A stretch of 63,765 nucleotides of DNA, counting the filler, from Deltaproteobacteria bacterium (GTDB lineage Bacteria; JAUYMQ01), in the NCBI GenBank assembly GCA_030698575.1. It is 15 parts of 15 records of this genome, joined end to end, with 100 filler letters (N's around TTAATTAATTAA, not from the genome) between each part and the next. Parts side by side here need not be neighbours in the genome. Positions count along the whole stretch, not along the records: positions 34,500 to 41,119 come from JAUYMQ010000329.1; positions 41,220 to 43,821 come from JAUYMQ010000332.1; positions 43,922 to 47,865 come from JAUYMQ010000333.1; 12 more parts are not named here. One strand, given 5' to 3'. The position numbers and the translations under genes are program-made. The notes beneath the pieces were generated by a model, which saw only the letters and a program-made list of their open reading frames with translations, had not been told where the DNA came from and did no database searches. Shown here one piece after another: positions 37,839 to 47,077 of this stretch; position 1 is the first letter of the stretch; every line of letters starts with the position of its first letter.

Positions 37839-39323
37839 TCAGACGACGCCGTGCGCGTAGTTGCCGTGGAAGCCCATGGGCATGCGGTGGCTGAGGTGCG
37901 CCTTCGCCAGCGGCTTGCCCTCGATGTTTCGTGCGTCGAGCACGCTAACGAAACTCTTCCGCGTGGCGCCGTCGTAGACCACGCTCACCACGAAGCCGTC
38001 GTCCTCGGCCGCGTCGGGTGCGCGCGGCACGAAGACGGCTTCACTCGTCCACTGCCCGACACCGAAGTCGTGGCAGGCGCTGGGGCCGCCCTGGCGGTCG
38101 TACTTCTGGATGCAGCCCAGCACGCGCTCGTAGGAATTGCCGGCTTCGCGGCGCGCGACGACGGCATAGCCGAAGCGGTTCGGGTGCCCCACGAGCCGGT
38201 CGTCGAGGCGGGGGAACTCGGAGCCGCGATCGCTCAGCTGCTTCTCGCGGCACTCCCCGGTTTCGAGATCCAGCTCGTAGAGGTAGGGCACGGCGTCGAC
38301 GTAGTTCATCTTGCCCGTGCGCCACTCCCGGATGCCTTCGAGCAGATTGTCCGGATTCTGGTAGGTGCAGGCATCGAGGAAGATCTTGCCGTTCTCCTCG
38401 TAAGCGTTCCCCACGTGGAAGAAGAACGCCGACGAGGGCGCATCGAACCAGCGCACCTCGCCGCCCGCGCTGCGAGGCCGGACGCCGAAGCGAAGGGGCT
38501 TCTCGCGGTCCCAGCTCAGGGCCTGGTTGAGCGAGCCGCCGCCCATGAGGACGTTTCCGTCCATCATGATCGGCGCCAGCGGGAAGATCGCGTGGTTCTG
38601 CGAGATGGCCATGTCGTGCATCATCACGGAGTAGGGCGCGTCGACGCCCTCGGCCAGCGAGCAGTGTCCGTCGGGCTCGATGACGTAGAGCTGCAGGTAC
38701 GGCTCGTACCACTGATAGCCGTGGATGAGCATCTGGCCCGTGCGCCCGTCAATCTTCGGGTGCGCGCTCACGCTGTAGCCGACCATCGGCTTGTCGAACA
38801 CGTAGTTGCCGATGGAATCCAGAGTTCGGGGATCCAGCTCGAAGGGGTAGGCGTTTTCCACCAGCGCCAGGAGCTTCCCGGCGTGGTGGACGACGTTCGT
38901 GTTGTGCTGCTGACGGATGGTGAACTCGTCGTTCTCCGGCGGGACGACGACGTTGACGCCGTTCGGGTAGTAGCGCCCCAGCTTCTGCTCACGAAGGTAC
39001 GACGCGTCTTTCACGAATCGCCCCCTGTAGTGCAGATGGCCGTCGTCGAAGCGGAAACCGTTCACGAGCCCGTCGCCGTCGAAGAGATGAAGCTTGTGGT
39101 AGCCCTCCTCGGGAAGAACCACCTGCGAGGGACCGTTGCGGTAGAGCGTGCCGTGAAGCTCCCGCGGGATCTCCCCCTCGATGTCGGTGATCTCGTAGGT
39201 TTCCTCCTTCGTGGCCGGGCTCCAGGCCTCGGTCCACCAGGCGCGTAGCGCCTGGGCATCGGGATGCGTTTCCGTGGCGATCGCGGGTCGCGCCGCCGTT
39301 GCCGACTGTCTTTCAACGCTCAT
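37839..39323 (-). CDS. Carotenoid oxygenase / lignostilbene dioxygenase (RPE65 family)
   Basis: GTLYRNGP, FDGDG, SAHPK, MMHD, FHVGNAYE, EFPR, GFHG (four iron-binding His). Confidence 0.93.
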   Translation of the reverse strand: MSVERQSATAARPAIATETHPDAQALRAWWTEAWSPATKEETYEITDIEGEIPRELHGTLYRNGPSQVVLPEEGYHKLHLFDGDGLVNGFRFDDGHLHYRGRFVKDASYLREQKLGRYYPNGVNVVVPPENDEFTIRQQHNTNVVHHAGKLLALVENAYPFELDPRTLDSIGNYVFDKPMVGYSVSAHPKIDGRTGQMLIHGYQWYEPYLQLYVIEPDGHCSLAEGVDAPYSVMMHDMAISQNHAIFPLAPIMMDGNVLMGGGSLNQALSWDREKPLRFGVRPRSAGGEVRWFDAPSSAFFFHVGNAYEENGKIFLDACTYQNPDNLLEGIREWRTGKMNYVDAVPYLYELDLETGECREKQLSDRGSEFPRLDDRLVGHPNRFGYAVVARREAGNSYERVLGCIQKYDRQGGPSACHDFGVGQWTSEAVFVPRAPDAAEDDGFVVSVVYDGATRKSFVSVLDARNIEGKPLAKAHLSHRMPMGFHGNYAHGVV

Positions 39324-39335
39324 TGTTCTTCCTCC

Positions 39336-39947
39336 TTAGTTTCCGCCCGGTGCTGAGTTTCCCCTGACCAGCGTCGCCATCATGGGCTCGACGAGGTCCT
39401 TGACTGCTGCGCCGAAGGTCAGCTTTCCAGCGAGGTGGAGGGTGATCACCCCGTGGAGGCCCGCCCAGAGAAGATGAGCGACGACATCGGGGTTCCCGGT
39501 AATCACGCCGGCCTCGACGGCCTGGGCGACCGCGTCGCGAAGCGGGCGCCATGTGCCGAGCGCCGCCTCGTCCAGCTCGGCATAGCTTTCGGGGGGATCC
39601 CTGTGAATCTCGAACATGATCCGGTAGCCGTCCGGATCGTCGAACGCGAACTGAACATAGGCCCCGCCAAGTTTCCCGAGCCGATCGAGCGGATCAAGCG
39701 AGGCGCGACTTGCCTGCTCCTGCGCCTGCGCGAAGCGCGCGTAGAGGCCCGCCTTGATCATTGCGAAGATCTCGTCCTTGTCCCGGAAGTAGCGGTAGGG
39801 GGTCATGGGGCTGCAGCCGAGCTCGGCCGCGATGGCGCGCATGGTGACGCCGGCGTAGCCGCGCTCGGCGAACAGATGCGTCGCCGCATCGATGATGCGC
39901 TCGCGGTAGGCCTCTATGGCGTCCTGGCTGAGGGCGGGGCGGGGCAT
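39336..39947 (-). CDS. TetR/AcrR regulator (WHG-type C-terminus)
   Basis: N-terminal HTH TMRAIAAELGCSPMTPYRYF; WAGLHG. Confidence 0.92.
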   Translation of the reverse strand: MPRPALSQDAIEAYRERIIDAATHLFAERGYAGVTMRAIAAELGCSPMTPYRYFRDKDEIFAMIKAGLYARFAQAQEQASRASLDPLDRLGKLGGAYVQFAFDDPDGYRIMFEIHRDPPESYAELDEAALGTWRPLRDAVAQAVEAGVITGNPDVVAHLLWAGLHGVITLHLAGKLTFGAAVKDLVEPMMATLVRGNSAPGGN

Positions 39948-39953
39948 CCACTA

Positions 39954-39982
39954 CTTTTACGCGGTAAAATTTACGCTGTCAA
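39954..39982 (-). promoter_or_regulatory. TetR promoter with overlapping operator palindromes; probably leaderless
   Basis: TTGACA-N17-TAAAAG ending 6 nt before ATG; TTTTAC-GCG-GTAAAA palindrome and a second TTTAC-GCT-GTCAA. Confidence 0.65.
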
Positions 39983-40018
39983 CTAATTTATTTCCCTTTA
40001 ATTCAAGCTACTTAGGAT

Positions 40019-40106
40019 GGGATCAGGTCTTGAATTTGACCCTCAAAGTCCGGCGACGCCTGGATCCTGCCCACCCCGGCGCTGGTCAAATTCTAGACCT
40101 GACCCC
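40019..40106. repeat. REP-like inverted pair GGG(G/A)TCAGGTCT(T/A)GAATTTGACC
   Basis: 23-bp arms at 40019-40041 and 40084-40106 with 2 mismatches. Confidence 0.8.
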
Positions 40107-40231
40107 GAATTACGCGCGCAAGCCCCGTGAAGTGATCGCGGCGCCGCCACCCCAGCGTCGAAGAGCAGGTGTAAACTGGTCCGGTCGACCGCGAACTCAC
40201 CAGGAACGAGGATAGGAGGAAGATCCGGAGC

Positions 40232-40666
40232 ATGCCTAGACCTAGCGAGATATTGGATTTGATCCTCAAGGGTCAGGGAACGCCGCCGCCCTTCGTGCAC
40301 GCGCTGCGCTTCCCCAAAATCGAAGGGTGGGAGCCCGGTCACGTCTGGGCGAAGTGGGAGGTCGACCGCGACTTCTTCCACCTTTTCGGCGCGGTCTTCG
40401 GCGGCTATCTTGCCGCGCTTGCGGATCAATTCGTCGGGCTCGCAATGCTTTCAACACTGGACGAAGGCGAGCGCTTCACGACTTCCGATCTGCGATATTC
40501 GTTTTTTCGCCCCGTGACCGGCGGCACGCTCACGATCGATGCCCGGGTCGTCCACCGCGGGCGCCGCATGGGGCACGTCGAGGCGATTTTCACCACCGCG
40601 GACGGCAAGGTCGCCGGCAAGGCGACCGCCACCCAGGTGATCATCCCCGTCCGCGAGGCGGACTAG
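40232..40666 (+). CDS. PaaI family thioesterase
   Basis: GAVFGGYLAALAD, FFRPV, HRGRR hot-dog fold pattern. Confidence 0.88.
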   Translation: MPRPSEILDLILKGQGTPPPFVHALRFPKIEGWEPGHVWAKWEVDRDFFHLFGAVFGGYLAALADQFVGLAMLSTLDEGERFTTSDLRYSFFRPVTGGTLTIDARVVHRGRRMGHVEAIFTTADGKVAGKATATQVIIPVREAD

Positions 40667-40676
40667 GCCCGGGCGG

Positions 40677-41018
40677 CTACACGCGCGTCCTGCGCGGGCG
40701 GGCCGCCCATGATTTTGCCCACTTGTGCAGCGGCGCCAGTGCCAGCAGCAAGCCACGCCCTTCCCGCGTCAGCACGTAGCCCCCTTCCTCGCGGAGTACG
40801 ACCACCCCCGCCTCCCGGAGTTCCGTCAGCCTCTGATTGAGAACGCTCGGCGACATCGCGTCACACCGATCGCGCAGATCCCGAAACGTCGGTGTCTCCT
40901 CGCGCAGCTCCCAGAGAATCCGGAGCGTCCAGCGGCGACCCAGGAGATCCAGAAGCGCCATGATCGGGCGCCCAGTTCGGGAGCCCCTGACGCGCTTTCC
41001 CGGTCGAGGCACGGCCAT
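40677..41018 (-). CDS. HxlR family winged-helix regulator
   Basis: LDLLGRRWTLRILWEL, SVLNQRLTEL, YVLTREG. Confidence 0.88.
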   Translation of the reverse strand: MAVPRPGKRVRGSRTGRPIMALLDLLGRRWTLRILWELREETPTFRDLRDRCDAMSPSVLNQRLTELREAGVVVLREEGGYVLTREGRGLLLALAPLHKWAKSWAARPRRTRV

Positions 41019-41219
41019 AACCGCCCCTTTTTCCTTCAGGCATTTCCCCCTGGCGCTACGGATTTCATAGTGCTAGGCTGTTGCTACTGAATCCGAAGCG
41101 GAGCTTAGGCTACAAGCGGNNNNNNNNNNNNNNNNNNNNNNNNNNNNNNNNNNNNNNNNNNNNTTAATTAATTAANNNNNNNNNNNNNNNNNNNNNNNNN
41201 NNNNNNNNNNNNNNNNNNN

Positions 41220-41651
41220 TCTAATCATGGTTCCCAGGACGGCCCGGTCGGCAAGGAACATCCCCTTCAGATTGGCGTTCATGATCTCGTCCCAGGTCTC
41301 CATGGACATCTGGGCCACGGATGTTCGACCGCCCCGGGTCTTCGAGGTGCCGAGCGAGACGCCCGCCGAGGCGACGAGGATGTCGATGCGCCCGAAGCGA
41401 TCAACGGTTCGCCGCGCCATCTCCTCCATGTCGGTCTCGTTCGTTACGTCCAGCGTGAGTCCCATGCGCTGCTCCGGCGCGCGGCCGGGCAGGGCGTCGA
41501 TCTGCCGGATCGTCTCCTCGATGTGAGCGGGCGTTCGCCCCACAACGACCACGCTGGCGCCCTCGGCGGCCAGGCCAAGGCAGGCGCCCTGACCGATGCC
41601 GCTCGATCCGCCGGTCACGATCGCCACGCGCTCCTGCAGACGGCCGCTCAC
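41220..41651 (-). CDS. SDR family oxidoreductase (3' truncated)
   Basis: VTGGSSGIG, FGRIDILVASAG, NLKG. Confidence 0.92.
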
Positions 41652-42565
41652 CGATTCTCCTTGGCGCGCTCGTCCGGCCCCTCGGGCTTCAGGGCCGCCA
41701 TCTCGAGCCAGCGCGCCGGCACCGTCGTGAACCCGGTCTGGTCGAGCGCCGGCTGCACGGCTGCCTGGAGCGCCTCGCAGGCGAGCTCGACGGGATAGCC
41801 CGCAAGGACAACGGAGGCGAAGCCGCCGTAGGAGCCTACGGTCTCGTAGCTCCGGCGGGTCATGCGGACCTCACGCTCGTGAACTCGCGAGACCCGAAGG
41901 CCGTTGGATTCAAGGACGTCCTGCCACTCCCTGGGGAGCAGCCATCGGCGGGCGGAGGCGCGCGATACCGTGCCGCGTTTCCGCTTGAGCCCCGGCTCGC
42001 CCTTCGCGCGAAGCTCGCGATCCCGGTTCATCACGTAGATCAGCGCCTCCTTCACCCAGGCCTGGTGGAACTTCTCCGTCCCCGGAACGTAGGTGCCGGC
42101 GTAGAAGGCGCTGTTGAAGGCGAACAGCCCTCCCGGCCGCAGCACGCGCCGGATCTCGCCGACGAGGCGGCCGGGGTCGGGGAGGTTGTGAATGGAGTTG
42201 CCCATCAGCACGGCGTCCATCGTTCCCGATGCGAAGGGAAGTGTGTCGGCGCTCCCTTCGACCAGGATGAAGCTGGGGAGGCCCCGGGCGGCGCCCGAGG
42301 CGCCGTTGCCGGCATAGAGCCCCTTCTCGCCGAAGCGTTCCTCGGTGAGCTTCAGCTGCTGGCGATCGAGATCCAGCCCGCAGACGGTGATGCCGGGGCG
42401 TTGCTCCAGCACGAGGTCCGAGAGGAGCCCGGTGCCGCAGGCGAGATCGAGCAGGCGGCTCACTTCCGAGAGATCCAGCGAGCGAATGAGGCTGCGGTTC
42501 GTCTCGATGTACTCGGGCTCCGCCGAGTGTGCCTCGTAGGAGGTGTTGAACGCCGTCGAGGGCAT
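41648..42565 (-). CDS. Class I SAM-dependent methyltransferase
   Basis: LLDLACGTG, LPFASGTMDAV, RVLRPGG. Confidence 0.9.
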   Translation of the reverse strand: MPSTAFNTSYEAHSAEPEYIETNRSLIRSLDLSEVSRLLDLACGTGLLSDLVLEQRPGITVCGLDLDRQQLKLTEERFGEKGLYAGNGASGAARGLPSFILVEGSADTLPFASGTMDAVLMGNSIHNLPDPGRLVGEIRRVLRPGGLFAFNSAFYAGTYVPGTEKFHQAWVKEALIYVMNRDRELRAKGEPGLKRKRGTVSRASARRWLLPREWQDVLESNGLRVSRVHEREVRMTRRSYETVGSYGGFASVVLAGYPVELACEALQAAVQPALDQTGFTTVPARWLEMAALKPEGPDERAKENR

Positions 42566-43821
42566 CAGGTTCTTCCTCCAGGAGGCTTCGTAGCGCCGAC
42601 CAGGACATAGTGACGCAGGAAGAGCGCGTGGAGTGAAATGAGCCCCATGAGGGTGTTGAAATCGCCCTCGGTGGTCTTCCGCTTCATGAAGCTTCCGATG
42701 TAGTGGCGGCGAATGGCGCCGAGATAAGCCTGGGCGCATTCGCTCGTCGCGTCGATGACCTGGATGTCCACGTATCCCATCTTCTCGAGCAGCTGCTCGT
42801 ATGCGCGCGGCCCCGAGAGATAGTTCTGGCGGTGCCGGTCGATGCTCAGGGCCTCGCCGGTGCGCGAGTGAAGGATGTCCGACAGAACGAGGCGCCCGCC
42901 CGGCTCGAGAACGCGGAACGCCTCGCGCAGGAAATCCCTGCGCGTGTTGAAGTAGCAGGCGCGCTCTGCGGAGAGGATGCTCCGGAAAGAGTTGTCGGGG
43001 AAGTGAAGCATCGTGGGGCTCATGATCTCGAAGGCGGCGCGGGGCATCCGCGCGCGGGCGATGTCGAGCGCGAGGGGAAAGGGATCGACCCCCGTGATGC
43101 GATCTTCCGGATAGTGGCGGAGCAATGCCTCCGTGGTGGCGCCTTGCCCGCACTCGATCTCGAGCACCCGGCCCCCCTTGTCGGGAACGAGGGCCAGCAG
43201 CGCCTCCATCAGGTTGTCGCAGGCTTCGCGTCCGTTGGCGGTTCCCGGACGCCAGTAGCCCATCTGCGTATAGCCGCTGTGCTCGTAGAAATCTTCGGTG
43301 ACGCGCGTGTAGACCAGAACCCTGAAGAGGCTCGCGAGCGAGGCGAGTGTCTCCCGGTGATCGGTGACGGCCGTTTCGCGATGAGGGTCGGCGAGTCGCA
43401 GAGCCCGGCTCTTCGCGGCAGGGCGTGATTCCCCGTGCGAGCGCTCGCCCCGCCAGACCTCCAGGCCTCCCCGCGGGTTGTCCTCGTAATGCCAGGCGCC
43501 GTCGCGTTTCACACCGACATTGGGCCCGAAGGGATTGGAGGTCCCGACGAACAGCCCCTTGGGGGTGGAACAGAGCTGGCGGATGCCGTGGTTGTAGGTC
43601 GAGCCGAATCCGTTGGTGGTCACCGGCAGGAAGTGCTCCCCGTCGGGCGAACGCCACAGGTGACATCCGCCGTAGCGGGTCTGGAACTCCTCCGAATCGC
43701 TGAGCTTCAGGAGCCTGAGAATTTCCTCCGGTATCGGGAAGGGCTTGAAGGGGAGGAACACCGAGGCGTTGTACGTCCCCACGTAAAGCCATCCGTCGTG
43801 CTCGCATACGCGCCAGACGTA
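42565..43821 (-). CDS. Beta-propeller C-terminus fused to a SAM methyltransferase (5' truncated)
   Basis: YVWRVCEHDGWLYVGT, LWRSPDG, GFGSTYNHGIR, then MGYW, VLEIECGQG, RVLEPGG. Confidence 0.8.
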   Translation of the reverse strand, partial: YVWRVCEHDGWLYVGTYNASVFLPFKPFPIPEEILRLLKLSDSEEFQTRYGGCHLWRSPDGEHFLPVTTNGFGSTYNHGIRQLCSTPKGLFVGTSNPFGPNVGVKRDGAWHYEDNPRGGLEVWRGERSHGESRPAAKSRALRLADPHRETAVTDHRETLASLASLFRVLVYTRVTEDFYEHSGYTQMGYWRPGTANGREACDNLMEALLALVPDKGGRVLEIECGQGATTEALLRHYPEDRITGVDPFPLALDIARARMPRAAFEIMSPTMLHFPDNSFRSILSAERACYFNTRRDFLREAFRVLEPGGRLVLSDILHSRTGEALSIDRHRQNYLSGPRAYEQLLEKMGYVDIQVIDATSECAQAYLGAIRRHYIGSFMKRKTTEGDFNTLMGLISLHALFLRHYVLVGATKPPGGRT

Positions 43822-43921
43822 NNNNNNNNNNNNNNNNNNNNNNNNNNNNNNNNNNNNNNNNNNNNTTAATTAATTAANNNNNNNNNNNNNNNNNNNNNNN
43901 NNNNNNNNNNNNNNNNNNNNN

Positions 43922-44152
43922 CACGTCTCCCCCGAGGCGGCGGCGGGAGGGCCGATCGCCTTGGTGCACCCGGGGGACCGGATCCGGCTGAACATCCCGG
44001 AGAGGAAGCTCGACCTGCTCGTCTCCGAGGCGGAACTTGCCGAACGGCGCTCGAAATGGCAGCTTCCGCCGAAAGAGAAACCGGCCGGCTGCCTCGGGAA
44101 ATACGCCGCGATGGCCACCAGCGCGAGCACCGGGGCGATCCTGAAGTGGTGA
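43922..44152 (+). CDS. ilvD: Dihydroxy-acid dehydratase, C-terminal end
   Basis: HVSPEAAAGGPIALV..GD and KYAAMATSASTGA. Confidence 0.9.
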   Translation, partial: HVSPEAAAGGPIALVHPGDRIRLNIPERKLDLLVSEAELAERRSKWQLPPKEKPAGCLGKYAAMATSASTGAILKW

Positions 44153-44236
44153 CCGAAAATTTCCTATCTGGTTCTTCCAGTTTCCTGAAGATGGTGGGTT
44201 GTCATTGCCTGGCTTGTGAATGAGGGACTTGATTCG

Positions 44237-45700
44237 ATGAAAAAATCGATCATTTTCGTCGGCAGTGTTCAAAAGGAATTCCGCGAAGAACGGACGGCGA
44301 TCCGCGACTTCGTGCGAGGCGATGCCCTGCTCCGCCGTTTTTTCGATGTCTTTCTCTTCGAAGACATCCCGGCCTCGGACCGCAAGCCGGACGACGTGTA
44401 TCTCGACGAGGTGGACCGCTGCCGCGTCTATGTCGGACTCTTCGGAAACGAATACGGGACGCCCGTTGCGAATGGGAAATCGGCGACCGAATTGGAGTTC
44501 GATCGGGCCACGGCGAAGAAAAAAACGCGTCTCGTCTTCGTCAAAGGTTCCGATGACACGGACCGGCACCCGAGGATGCTTGCGCTGATTCGGAAGATCG
44601 GCTCTCAGCTCGTTCGCCGGCGCTTCAGCGGTATCCCCGATCTGACTGCGGCCCTGTATGCCGCCTTGGTGGAACATCTCGAACAGACCGGCCATCTTCG
44701 CACCTTGCCGTTCGACGCCTCTGCATGCGACGGGGCGACGATGGACGATCTGTCGGACGAGAAATTGCGATGGTTCCTGGGAACCGCCCGTCGGGAGCGG
44801 AACTATGCCCTGCCCGGGAAGACACCGCGGGAAAAAGCACTCCGGCACCTGAACCTGATCGACCGTGGCCATCCCACCCACGCCGCCGTACTCCTGTTCG
44901 GCGAGGAGCCGCAGCGGTTTCTGATTGCCTCCGAGGTGAAATGCCTCCACTTTCACGGAACGGAAGTCCGCAAGCCCATCCCGTCCTACCAGGTCTTCAA
45001 GGGCACGGTGTTCGATTTGGTGGACCAGGCCGTGGATTTCGTCCTGTCGAAGGTGGCGCGGAGCGTCGGCACGCGCGAGCACAGCGTCCAGGCCCCTGTG
45101 GAATATGAACTGCCCAAAGAGGCAGTGAGAGAAGCCATTGTCAACGCCGTTGCCCATCGCGATTACGCGAGTAACGCCAGCGTCCAGGTCATGCTCTTCG
45201 CCGATCGACTGGAGGTCTGGAACCCGGGTGAACTGCCGCCATCTTTGACTCCGGAGCTCCTGCGCGGTCCGCATGCCTCGATACCGCGCAATCCGCTCAT
45301 TGCCGAGCCCCTCTTTCTTGCCCGCTACATCGAAAAGGCGGGCACCGGGACGCTCGACATGATCGCCCGCTGCCGCGAAGCCGGCTTGCCCGAGCCAGAC
45401 TTCGAGCAACGCGCGGGCCAGTGGGTGGTGACCTTGTGGCGGGACTGGCTGACGGAACAGGCAATGTCGCGCATGGACTTATCTGACAAACAGAAACAGG
45501 GCATTGCCTTCGTCAAGGCCAACGGGCGTATTACAAACAGGGATTATCGTGAATTGACCGGGGCGATCATCAGAACGGCCTCAAGGGATTTCGAAGATCT
45601 GGTCAGCAAGGGGATCCTCGGCAAAGTGGGGACCACGGGACGAAGCGCCCACTACGTGTTGGCCCTAAAACAGGACACAAACAGGACAAACAGGACATGA
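44237..45700 (+). CDS. DUF4062 + HATPase_c_4 (RecG-C-like) + wHTH protein
   Basis: IFVGSVQKEFREER and SATELEF; REAIVNAVAHRDY, NPG, RNPLIA, IEKAGTG; ITNRDYREL. Confidence 0.82.
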   Translation: MKKSIIFVGSVQKEFREERTAIRDFVRGDALLRRFFDVFLFEDIPASDRKPDDVYLDEVDRCRVYVGLFGNEYGTPVANGKSATELEFDRATAKKKTRLVFVKGSDDTDRHPRMLALIRKIGSQLVRRRFSGIPDLTAALYAALVEHLEQTGHLRTLPFDASACDGATMDDLSDEKLRWFLGTARRERNYALPGKTPREKALRHLNLIDRGHPTHAAVLLFGEEPQRFLIASEVKCLHFHGTEVRKPIPSYQVFKGTVFDLVDQAVDFVLSKVARSVGTREHSVQAPVEYELPKEAVREAIVNAVAHRDYASNASVQVMLFADRLEVWNPGELPPSLTPELLRGPHASIPRNPLIAEPLFLARYIEKAGTGTLDMIARCREAGLPEPDFEQRAGQWVVTLWRDWLTEQAMSRMDLSDKQKQGIAFVKANGRITNRDYRELTGAIIRTASRDFEDLVSKGILGKVGTTGRSAHYVLALKQDTNRTNRT

Positions 45701-45746
45701 TCCCGTTACCGCGGCAAACTGGACATAAACTGGACAAACGGGCCAT
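45668..45746 (+). repeat. Two 31-bp triplet units of AAAC(A/T/G)GG(A/C)C
   Basis: AAACAGGACAC-AAACAGGAC-AAACAGGACAT at 45668 and AAACTGGACAT-AAACTGGAC-AAACGGGCCAT at 45716. Confidence 0.8.
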
Positions 45747-45774
45747 GGGAAATAAAGGATGAATAGGGAAACTC

Positions 45775-46014
45775 ATGTCTGACGACCGCAGATTGATCGA
45801 AGACTTCCTGCCGATCCAGGCGATCAGTGCCGAGGCGTCGCGGGAGAAGTCTGTCCGCAAGGGGCACATCTCGACCCTGCACCTCTGGTGGGCGCGGCGG
45901 CCCCTGGTGGCGTGCCGGGCCGCAGTGTACGGGGCACTCGTGCCGACGTCGCGGTTCATCCCGGAGAACGGACCGGACAACAAGAAACAGAGCTTGGGCA
46001 GGGCCAACGCGGCC
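45775..46014 (+). pseudogene. DUF1156 (DNA methyltransferase-associated) gene, N-terminal 80 codons only
   Basis: RLIEDFLPI...REKS...STLHLWWARRPLVACRA; breaks after RANAA. Confidence 0.85.
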
Positions 46015-46273
46015 TGGACGAACTGCTCGAACGATACCTCCCCCCTGCCGACCGCCGCTGCCGCCTCGCCCCCTCTCGCGCCCTTGGGCTTCTGCTGCGC
46101 AATATCCTGCTCGGCGATCCCCGGTCTACGCTCTCGAACAATGGGCCACCCCCTTCGATCCGGCCCTGCTCGGGGTGGCCTCCTCGCAGATCCCGCTTCT
46201 CAACGACGATCGGATCGGGCGGTCCCTGGATCGCCTCTTCTCGGCCGATCGGGCCTCGTTGCTCACGGAGATC
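46011..46273 (+). pseudogene. IS1634-family transposase internal fragment, frameshifted
   Basis: GLDELLERYLP...LLRNILLG / PVYALEQWA...LNDDRIGRSLDRLF..DRASLLTEI. Confidence 0.75.
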
Positions 46274-47005
46274 GGTGTTGAGAGCGGCGAACAGCGTGGT
46301 GGTGCCGTGGCGCTTGTAATCATGGGTCATCGTGGCCGCGCGCCCCTTCTTCAGCGGCAGTCCGGGTTGGGTGCGATCCAGCGCCTGCACCTGACTCTTC
46401 TCGTCGCAGCACAGCACGATCGCATGCTCGGGAGGATTCAGATACAAACCGACGATGTCCTCCAACTTCTCGATAAAATGGGGATCGCGCGAGACCTTGA
46501 AGGTGTCGATCAGGTGCGGCTTGAGGCCGTGCCGATGCCACACCCGCAAGACGCTGCTGTCGCTCACCCCCACCTTGGCGGCCAGCGTTCGGGTACTCCA
46601 ATGCGCAGCCCCCTCGGGTTTGCTCTGCGTGGTCAGCTGAACGATCCGGTCCGCATCCACGTTACGGGGTCGCCCTCCGCGGGGTCGATCGCGTTCGATC
46701 GCCGCCCGCCCGCCTTGCGCATAGCGGTTCCGCCAGCGGCCGGCTTGAATGCGCCCAATCCCCAGCAGCCGGCCGATCTCGTCGTTCTCCTTGCCTTCGG
46801 CAGCCAGCAGCACGATACGCGCTCTCCGCGCCAGCCGCACGCTCACCGTGTTCGAGCGCGCCAGACGTTCCAACTCCCGTCGTTCCGACTCCGTCAATTC
46901 GATCCTCGGGGCTACGCGCATCGTCTCTCTCCTCGTGATCAGCGATGCGCATAGTCTACTACAAACAAGGATATTAAGTCTTATTAATTATGAAGCACTA
47001 CACTA
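46274..47005 (-). mobile_element. IS630-family element, left end plus truncated transposase (46921 to 46274)
   Basis: HWSTRTLA, FKVSRDP, CCDEKSQVQALDR, THDYKRHGTTTLFAALN; terminus TAGTGTAGTGCTTCATAA. Confidence 0.88.
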
Positions 47006-47077
47006 GGGGGTGGCGTTCGCGGACGATGCTGACCTGGGGCGGAAGGTCCTGGAGGTGGGTAGTGTGTCGTATCTTCC

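Noticed and set aside
45956-46921. Intact 321-aa IS630 transposase as given in the ORF track
   Set aside because: Similarity stops at LFAALNT (46274); the rest is read-through into antisense IS1634 and DUF1156 sequence
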